The notes under the pieces were generated by a model. The model had not been told where the DNA came from. It searched no databases and worked only from the letters and a program-made list of their open reading frames with translations. This document shows, one piece after another, positions 1 to 5,669 of a DNA stretch of 40,827 nucleotides. Source of the stretch: a virus; IMG/VR virus record IMGVR_UViG_3300043640_000296, positions 1 through 40,827 of that record, one strand, 5' to 3'. The position numbers and the translations under genes were made by a program. Positions within the stretch are counted from its first letter, which is position 1, and each line of letters starts with the position of its first letter.

Positions 1-127
1 ATTTAAAAATTCTCAAGCATTAGTTCAGGGGGTTGCGTAATGCATTTATATCAAATAAGCGCCGAATATGCAGAAATTTTAGATAATCTTTATGATGAGG
101 AGGGCGTCATCAACAATGATGCTCTTA
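1..127. repeat. Terminal direct repeat, copy 1 (identical to 40701..40827)
   Basis: Read directly: bases 1-127 recur exactly at 40701-40827. This fits a circular-contig assembly overlap or terminal redundancy. Bases 1-39 are the 3' end of the ATPase gene. Confidence 0.95.
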
Positions 128-531
128 TTAAATTAGAACATAATGAACTTGCAATGGAAAAGAAGGTCATTGCTATAGCCTCTTTCATTAAAAACCTTGA
201 TGCAGAGAAAGAAGCAATCGCTGCAGCTAAGAAAGCAATGGGTGAACGGGAAAGTCGCTATAAAAAAAGAAGTGATGAATTACAAGGCTACTTACTTTTT
301 AATATGGAAAAACGTGGTATCAATCAAGTTAAATGCCCATATTTTGAAATTAAATTAGCAAAATGTCCTGCTTCTGTTGATATTCTTGATGAAAAAGCCC
401 TTCCTGCAGAATATACTCGGGTTAAAACTGAAGTATTGCCCGACAAAGTGAAGATGAAAAAAGAAATGCTAATGGGTGTCATTATCCCAGGTGCTGCTCT
501 TAAAACGAATCTTCGACTAGAGATTAAATAA
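40..531 (+). CDS. Gp157-family protein (accessory of Sak4-type recombination modules)
   Basis: 163-aa ORF. Its ATG overlaps the ATPase stop (TAATG). The N-terminal LYxISxEY segment and central coiled coil (EKEAIAAAKKAMGERESRYKKRSDELQGYL) resemble Sipho_Gp157. By-eye recognition only. Confidence 0.6.
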   Translation: MHLYQISAEYAEILDNLYDEEGVINNDALIKLEHNELAMEKKVIAIASFIKNLDAEKEAIAAAKKAMGERESRYKKRSDELQGYLLFNMEKRGINQVKCPYFEIKLAKCPASVDILDEKALPAEYTRVKTEVLPDKVKMKKEMLMGVIIPGAALKTNLRLEIK

Positions 532-532
532 A

Positions 533-643
533 ATGAAAGATAGTGTAACGCTAATACTTGGTATTTGTATTTTTTATGTAGCCCCGACAGTTGGGGCTAT
601 TATCTTATTAATAAGCGTAGCAATGATGCTAAAGCGCTTCTAA
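533..643 (+). CDS. Possible 36-aa hydrophobic peptide (competes with a terminator reading)
   Basis: ATG 533 to TAA 641-643 gives MKDSVTLILGICIFYVAPTVGAIILLISVAMMLKRF, one TM-like segment with a basic C-terminus. No clear SD. It contains the hairpin at 579-599. Confidence 0.25.
   Translation: MKDSVTLILGICIFYVAPTVGAIILLISVAMMLKRF
579..610 (+). terminator. Stem-loop with T-rich tail downstream of the Gp157-like gene
   Basis: TAGCCCC (579-585), 7-nt loop, GGGGCTA (593-599), followed by TTATCTTATT. Confidence 0.4.
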
Positions 644-673
644 GGGAATTTTCAACAACATAAGGAAATGTAA

Positions 674-1138
674 ATGTTTTCATTCAACCCATTAACTGAT
701 GAACAAATCAGTGCAGTACAGAACCGTGATCTTCTTCAAGAAGGTGTTTATCCTTTTATTGTGAAATCTATGGAACAGCAGCATTCTAAATCCGGTAATG
801 AAATGCTAAAAGTTAGATTAGCTGTGATGGACCCCAAAGGTGATGAACGACATATTTTTGATTATTTGCTTGCAACTGATCAGATGATGTTTAAACTGAA
901 GCACTTCTGTGAATCGATTGGACTTGCAGCTAAATATGCTGAAGGTAAATTTTATCCAGGGGATTGCATTGGTCTATCCGGTAAGGTTAGAATCGGCATT
1001 CAGAAAGGTATGCCTAAAGTTGATGGGTCTGGAGCTTTTCCAGATAAGAACAGTGTTAAAGATTATATTAAAGCTGAAGAGGTAGTTGTAAAGCCTGCAG
1101 TTGCCGCTTCAAGTTTTGATGATGACATTAATTTCTAA
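674..1138 (+). CDS. DUF669-like protein (putative ssDNA-binding partner of Sak4)
   Basis: 154 aa, SD AAGGAA 6 nt upstream. The pattern GVYPFIV..S..GNEMLKV.L.V and its position beside Gp157 and the AAA_24 ATPase match the usual Sak4 module. Confidence 0.55.
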   Translation: MFSFNPLTDEQISAVQNRDLLQEGVYPFIVKSMEQQHSKSGNEMLKVRLAVMDPKGDERHIFDYLLATDQMMFKLKHFCESIGLAAKYAEGKFYPGDCIGLSGKVRIGIQKGMPKVDGSGAFPDKNSVKDYIKAEEVVVKPAVAASSFDDDINF

Positions 1139-1188
1139 TAAAAATTATAAAGGTGGCGAAAGTGCCACCTTTAAATCAAGGAAGTGTT

Positions 1189-1488
1189 ATGCAAATTAAA
1201 CTCGCTGAAGCGTTACTTCGTCGTAAAGAATTACAAGCTAAAGTAGAAATGTTAAAAAAGATTAAAGAAACTCAAGTTTATTATGAAATTCGTGGTCAAC
1301 GTACTAAAGTAACAGAAGGTTTAGAAGACATTAATGCAAATTATCCTAAGCTCGCTGTTTCACAAGTTACTGCAGAATATGATTTTGCAGCACGCCAGTT
1401 ACGTTATGTTGATGCAGCTATTCAGCAAACAAATTGGACTGCAGCAATTGAAGTGCAAGATATGGTAATGGATGATTTCAAAGTTTAA
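1189..1488 (+). CDS. Short DIP1984/septicolysin-like protein
   Basis: 99 aa from ATG 1189. The GTG at 1153 lies inside hairpin 1149-1172, so it is unlikely to be the start. N-terminal KLAEALLRRKELQAKVEMLKK and C-terminal IQQTNWTAAIEV match the signature ends of DIP1984-family proteins as I recall them; the middle is shortened. Confidence 0.5.
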   Translation: MQIKLAEALLRRKELQAKVEMLKKIKETQVYYEIRGQRTKVTEGLEDINANYPKLAVSQVTAEYDFAARQLRYVDAAIQQTNWTAAIEVQDMVMDDFKV

Positions 1489-1586
1489 AAAGATAGCTTA
1501 GGGCGTTATGGGAAAGGCCGCTAGGAGCCTCTAATCCTTAGTGAATTGCAATTCACGTAGCCTGCCCATCACAGTAAAGATGGATT

Positions 1587-1671
1587 TAATGTGTTGCCAA
1601 ATTGGTACAGGCATCTGATATTGATTCAGACGATCTTAGGATCATTGTAGGTTCGATTCCTATCACATATG
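1587..1671 (+). ncRNA. tRNA-like element with long variable arm (degenerate or pseudo tRNA)
   Basis: U8 and A14 are present. D arm GCC(A)/(A)GGC has GG in its loop. Anticodon stem is TCTGA/TCAGA with loop TATTGAT (A33, UUG). Variable arm is GATC-TTAG-GATC. T arm GTAGG-TTCGATT-CCTAT is canonical. The acceptor pairs only 5 of 7 and there is no CCA. Confidence 0.5.
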
Positions 1672-1936
1672 TCTTGGGGACATATAAATCATGAATCCGA
1701 CTATAAGAACATCAGAATTGAGAATATCTGACTAACCGATTAAACCTTTTTATTCTATCGCCATACGTAAGTGCGATGAAAGAAAGGAATTACAACCGAT
1801 TACCGAATATTATATTGACGACTAACCAATCCATGACTAAGCTATCCCTGTTTTATGACTTCCAGTTCAAGCAGGAGCTTCTTTAATCTCGCTGATTAAC
1901 GCTCAATAAAGCTTGTGGCTGGAGTCACCAACTTAG

Positions 1937-1975
1937 AGGAGTAGAATCAGACCGATTTTACTCCTGCTTTTTATT
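1937..1975 (+). terminator. Intrinsic-terminator-like hairpin ending the ORF-free region
   Basis: AGGAGTA (1937-1943) pairs with TACTCCT (1959-1965), then GCTTTTTATTT. The 3' arm can instead pair with the distal GCAGGAG (1871-1877). Confidence 0.5.
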
Positions 1976-2048
1976 TCACTAGTAACGCCTCTTTTTTAAC
2001 CTTATAATATTTGCAAATGGATTTCTAACTTAAATAAGGATATTTAAG

Positions 2049-2768
2049 ATGAGTATTTTTTCGTTCAATGTTCAGACCCCTATGCTTCAAGGTATTGCAC
2101 CTCGTACCGTTCAATTAGTTACTACAGATTCTTTAGCAACAATTACAACTGCTGGTTATATGAATAAACAAGGTCAAGTTTTGCAAGGTGAAAACTTACT
2201 TTCTACAGATGTTATGAATGTCATTTATAACTATGTGGCAGCAACAAATAGCGGCACATTCGGCATTTTCACTCCGTCAGTCGCTGGAAACGGTAAAATT
2301 ACTCTGACAGAATGGACTAATCCAGGGAATGTTTTATTGCCTGTCGTTAGTGGTGACGTTCCTATCTTTAATGGAACTACTGGATTAATACAAGATTCAG
2401 GCATTCTGGGCACCAATTTAGTTCTTAAAAATGCAGCGAACACAATGGCTGCAGGCTCCAGTATTACTTTTGCAAAAGTAAATGGTACAGAAGCGACTAA
2501 TGCAGTGACCGCGAGTGGTGTTGCCGGTATTATTACAACTTCTTCGCTAACAACTGCAGGTGCTGGTTCCTATGCAATTACATGGACTAATACTGCAATT
2601 ACTGCCACCTCTAATATTGGCCTTACTATTCAAGGCGGCACCAATACTACTGAAAATATTACTTTTAAAGTGATTCCAGGTTCAGGTACTGCAGCTTTAA
2701 CTATTTTCAATAATACTGCTGCCACTGCATTAAATGGCACTATTTTTATTGGATATACTATATTGTAA
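2049..2768 (+). CDS. Thr/Ala/Gly/Asn-rich fibre-like protein, function unknown
   Basis: 239 aa, SD AAGGA upstream. Composition resembles the fibre genes. It is transcribed convergently to the tail genes. Confidence 0.6.
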   Translation: MSIFSFNVQTPMLQGIAPRTVQLVTTDSLATITTAGYMNKQGQVLQGENLLSTDVMNVIYNYVAATNSGTFGIFTPSVAGNGKITLTEWTNPGNVLLPVVSGDVPIFNGTTGLIQDSGILGTNLVLKNAANTMAAGSSITFAKVNGTEATNAVTASGVAGIITTSSLTTAGAGSYAITWTNTAITATSNIGLTIQGGTNTTENITFKVIPGSGTAALTIFNNTAATALNGTIFIGYTIL

Positions 2769-2792
2769 AGTTTCGCTAGATTATTTCTGGCA

Positions 2793-2862
2793 AAAGGACA
2801 GGATGCCAACCACTCCTCGTTCGACACTTCCGTTTAAGAATTGTCCTGTCCTTTAATTTTTT
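2793..2862 (+). terminator. Long-loop hairpin plus T-run
   Basis: AAAGGACAGGA (2793-2803) pairs with TCCTGTCCTTT (2844-2854), an 11-bp stem with a 40-nt loop, followed by AATTTTTT. Confidence 0.45.
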
Positions 2863-2874
2863 AAGGAATGCTAT

Positions 2875-3033
2875 ATGCCTTTAGTAAAAGGAAAAGCTGC
2901 TAAATCTAAGAAAGGTTTTTCAACGAATGTGAAACGTGAAATGGAAGCTGGCAAGCCTCAAAAGCAAGCGGTAGCGATTGCCTATAGTGAAGCAGGCGAA
3001 AAAAGAAAGAAAAAGAAAACTTCTAAAAAATAA
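2875..3033 (+). CDS. Small Lys-rich protein (52 aa)
   Basis: ATG 2875, SD AAGGAA at 2862-2867. Sequence MPLVKGKAAKSKKGFSTNVKREMEAGKPQKQAVAIAYSEAGEKRKKKKTSKK. The EM..GKPQKQAVAIA core resembles a widespread small basic protein family (possibly DUF6496; uncertain). Confidence 0.5.
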   Translation: MPLVKGKAAKSKKGFSTNVKREMEAGKPQKQAVAIAYSEAGEKRKKKKTSKK

Positions 3034-3074
3034 TTATGCTGTTATCATGCGTCACTTCTTAAAAAGGAGTTCGT

Positions 3075-3485
3075 ATGTTAAAAAAATTATTAATAATAGG
3101 TTTATCTTTGTTCTCAATTAATTCATATGCATCTTGTGCTGTTCAATCAATTGTTCCTGATGATCAATTAAATGCAATCAAACAAGGGAAACAATTTGTA
3201 TTTAAGACAGCTCATCAATATCTTATCATAAATGAAGCTAATTCAGCTAAAACCTATTGGATTTGTGATGCTATGAGGCTAGAAGGCAATCCAAGTGAAC
3301 ATTTTGAGCGTGAAGAATGTAGACATATTCATCTAGCGCCTAGGAAAACTTATTCTGAAAAAGAACATTTATTTAGAGAGATTTATTTCAATAACAAACA
3401 TCCTGTTCTAGTTACGGTAACAACAACTGTCGAAGGTGATTGTAAAACAAATTCAATTATCAGTAAAATATTAAACGTGCATTAA
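3075..3485 (+). CDS. Secreted Cys-containing protein (moron-like)
   Basis: 136 aa. N-terminal signal peptide MLKKLLIIGLSLFSINSYA followed by SC. Four further Cys. Followed by bidirectional terminator. Confidence 0.7.
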   Translation: MLKKLLIIGLSLFSINSYASCAVQSIVPDDQLNAIKQGKQFVFKTAHQYLIINEANSAKTYWICDAMRLEGNPSEHFEREECRHIHLAPRKTYSEKEHLFREIYFNNKHPVLVTVTTTVEGDCKTNSIISKILNVH

Positions 3486-3493
3486 AAAAATAT

Positions 3494-3520
3494 GGCCTGT
3501 TAATTCAGGCCGTTATTTTT
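3494..3520. terminator. Bidirectional terminator between convergent genes
   Basis: GGCCTG (3494-3499), loop TTAATT, CAGGCC (3506-3511). Flanked by an A-run upstream and GTTATTTTT downstream. Confidence 0.65.
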
Positions 3521-4265
3521 AAGATGCAACAAATTCAGTAACAATAACAATACCTGGTGCTCCCGTTGCTCCTGCAATATTAGCTCCTAAAGAACACCCT
3601 CCTGAAGCACCACCACCGTATCCAACCCCAGGACTACCAGGACTAATAATAACATTACTCCTTCCATAAAAAGATGAGCCACCTTGACTACCCATCAATG
3701 GTAATAAACCTGTAGCTCCTGATAAACCCCAACTATTACCTCCACCATTCATAGCAACTAAAACTGTTCCATTAGTTCCATTTATGGGCACTCCTCCTGA
3801 CGTTGCCGTACTCTGAGTAGTTGCTGCACTAGAAGCTGCGCCAGCTCCTAATAGGCCTCCCCCCGCTGTCCAGGTAGAACCGCCATTAATAATTAAAGTG
3901 GTATTACCACCTGCACCACCATTATTATTACCTGATGCTCCAGCTGTACCGCCTGCACCTACTGATCCAATAATTGCCGCAAGATTAGCTGTCCCAGTAA
4001 CTAATAATTTTATATATGAACCCCCCCCACCACCTGACCCAATACCAGTTTGACTAGCTGCTCCAGCTGCACCGCCTGATCCACCTCCTGCTCCTTGTAG
4101 TTCAAAGATAGCATATTGAGTGCCTGCCGTTGGCGTATAAGAAAATGCACCTGCAGCAGAAATAACCTGATTAATAACTTTATTAATAGGAACAGCCGTT
4201 AAACTGATTGTTCCTATAGTGAATGGAAGTGGTAATGTATTATTAATAGCATTATTTGTAGCCAT
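3519..4265 (-). CDS. Glycine-rich tail fibre / receptor-binding protein
   Basis: 248 aa from ATG 4265, SD AAAGGA. The longer ORF start at 4331 overlaps the upstream gene. Long GGxGG tracts (QGAGGGSGGAAGAAS..GSGGGGGSY) resemble phage glycine-rich fibre domains. Confidence 0.7.
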   Translation of the reverse strand: MATNNAINNTLPLPFTIGTISLTAVPINKVINQVISAAGAFSYTPTAGTQYAIFELQGAGGGSGGAAGAASQTGIGSGGGGGSYIKLLVTGTANLAAIIGSVGAGGTAGASGNNNGGAGGNTTLIINGGSTWTAGGGLLGAGAASSAATTQSTATSGGVPINGTNGTVLVAMNGGGNSWGLSGATGLLPLMGSQGGSSFYGRSNVIISPGSPGVGYGGGASGGCSLGANIAGATGAPGIVIVTEFVAS

Positions 4266-4285
4266 GATAACAAATCCTTTTGTTA

Positions 4286-5257
4286 TTAAACTATTGTTAG
4301 ATTCCCTTGAGTACCACCCACCGTTGTCCAAATCGTATTAGCTGTCGTACAAATCAAATCAATAGAATCGAAACGATTTGTAGATGAAACACTTCCGCCG
4401 ACACCCGTTGTACTTGCAAGATTTCCGACCTGAACAATTTGCGATGCATTTTGAGCTATGCGCCAACCGCCTGCACCTTTACCAACAAGACTGATAGCCG
4501 TACCAAATGCTGAGGTTGTTGGTAAAGTTAAAGTAACCAACCCAGCATTACTTGAAACATATCCACTATCTGCGGTCATTGCTTGAGTTGTTCCTGTCAC
4601 TTCCGTCCAACCAATACCAGATCCAGTACCACTAATAGTTATAGTACCTGCCCCATTTGCAATGGAAATACCAGGACCTGCGGTCAATATTGCTGCAACT
4701 GGAATTGCACCTGTCGAACCCACAACAATTTGACCGTTAGTTAATGGTCCAAGCCAGGTAGGAATTCCAGTCAGAGAAGTCACTAATGAAGAACTATTTG
4801 CAGTAGTTAAAGGAGAAATAGCAGTTCCAGCTGCTGCATAATAAGCTAAAGCATTTATTGTACCTGTATTAACACTACCACCTGTTGCTGCAATGGTAAT
4901 TGAGCCTGGAGCATTCGTAACTGTAACCCCTGTTCCCGCTGTAATATTTGCCGGAACAGGATCAGCACCCGTTGATCCAATTAATAAGCCACCATCTACT
5001 AAATTCACAAAATTAAAAGCGGCTGTTCCTTCAGCAATTGGTAAAGAATGGGCCGTGGGACTTGCTATTCCTGTCCCACCATTTACAGGTAAAATAGGAA
5101 CATTCACAAAAGCAGCAGTTCCTAAACCTAAAGTAGTTGTGATATATGCCAGAACTAATGAAGAAGTTGCTTTTTTAGTAACTCCTGACTGGACAATAGC
5201 AAATAGATCGGCTGAACCGACAGCACTTGCAGCAGGAAGCTGAGAAATTGTAGGCAT
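4286..5257 (-). CDS. Tail fibre protein
   Basis: 323 aa. N-terminal MPTISQLPAASAVGSADLFAIVQSGVTKKAT is a common fibre/tailspike N-terminal signature. The rest is Thr/Gly/Ala-rich beta-type sequence. Confidence 0.75.
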   Translation of the reverse strand: MPTISQLPAASAVGSADLFAIVQSGVTKKATSSLVLAYITTTLGLGTAAFVNVPILPVNGGTGIASPTAHSLPIAEGTAAFNFVNLVDGGLLIGSTGADPVPANITAGTGVTVTNAPGSITIAATGGSVNTGTINALAYYAAAGTAISPLTTANSSSLVTSLTGIPTWLGPLTNGQIVVGSTGAIPVAAILTAGPGISIANGAGTITISGTGSGIGWTEVTGTTQAMTADSGYVSSNAGLVTLTLPTTSAFGTAISLVGKGAGGWRIAQNASQIVQVGNLASTTGVGGSVSSTNRFDSIDLICTTANTIWTTVGGTQGNLTIV

Positions 5258-5282
5258 AAATTAACATCCTTGTTAATAAATT

Positions 5283-5660
5283 TTATGACACTGAATAAAA
5301 TGCAACACTCACACCTGCAGTACCGGCTGCTGAGAAGAAATGTATTATATCGCCACCATTAACTAATTTTGCGGGTGGATTAATTTCACTCGTAGTTGCA
5401 GCAAAAGTTGCACCGGCTGGAACGGCAGCTGTTCCATTGACGGCTACCCAAGTTGTTGTTGCATTCTGATAAGAAAATACAGCCAATGTCTGAGGTATAG
5501 TTGCATAGCCTTGTTTACCTAATCCAACTGCATTTGGCACTGTCAGAGTTGTATCAGTAGTTGCAGCTAAAGTTGCAGAATAAACTGTATCGCTAAATGG
5601 TAAGCCAAAACCATTATAGCCATTAATATCTTTGGATTGAGTATATTTAGTTGTCATCAT
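5283..5660 (-). CDS. Small Thr/Ala-rich virion-associated protein
   Basis: 125 aa ORF packed between two fibre genes. No recognisable family. Confidence 0.6.
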   Translation of the reverse strand: MMTTKYTQSKDINGYNGFGLPFSDTVYSATLAATTDTTLTVPNAVGLGKQGYATIPQTLAVFSYQNATTTWVAVNGTAAVPAGATFAATTSEINPPAKLVNGGDIIHFFSAAGTAGVSVAFYSVS

Positions 5661-5669
5661 TAAATCCTT

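Noticed and set aside
1515-1570. A second tRNA-like fold that uses the 16-bp palindrome as a T arm (acceptor AGGCCGC/GTAGCCT).
   Set aside because: The loop TTGCAAT breaks the T-loop consensus (G at position 56). There is no D arm and only one other weak arm. A DNA palindrome or simple hairpin is the simpler reading.
1776-1886. 36-codon ORF (MKERNYNRLPNIILTTNQSMTKLSLFYDFQFKQELL) in the ORF-free region.
   Set aside because: No SD and no coupling to neighbours. It overlaps the repeated words, so it is probably fortuitous.
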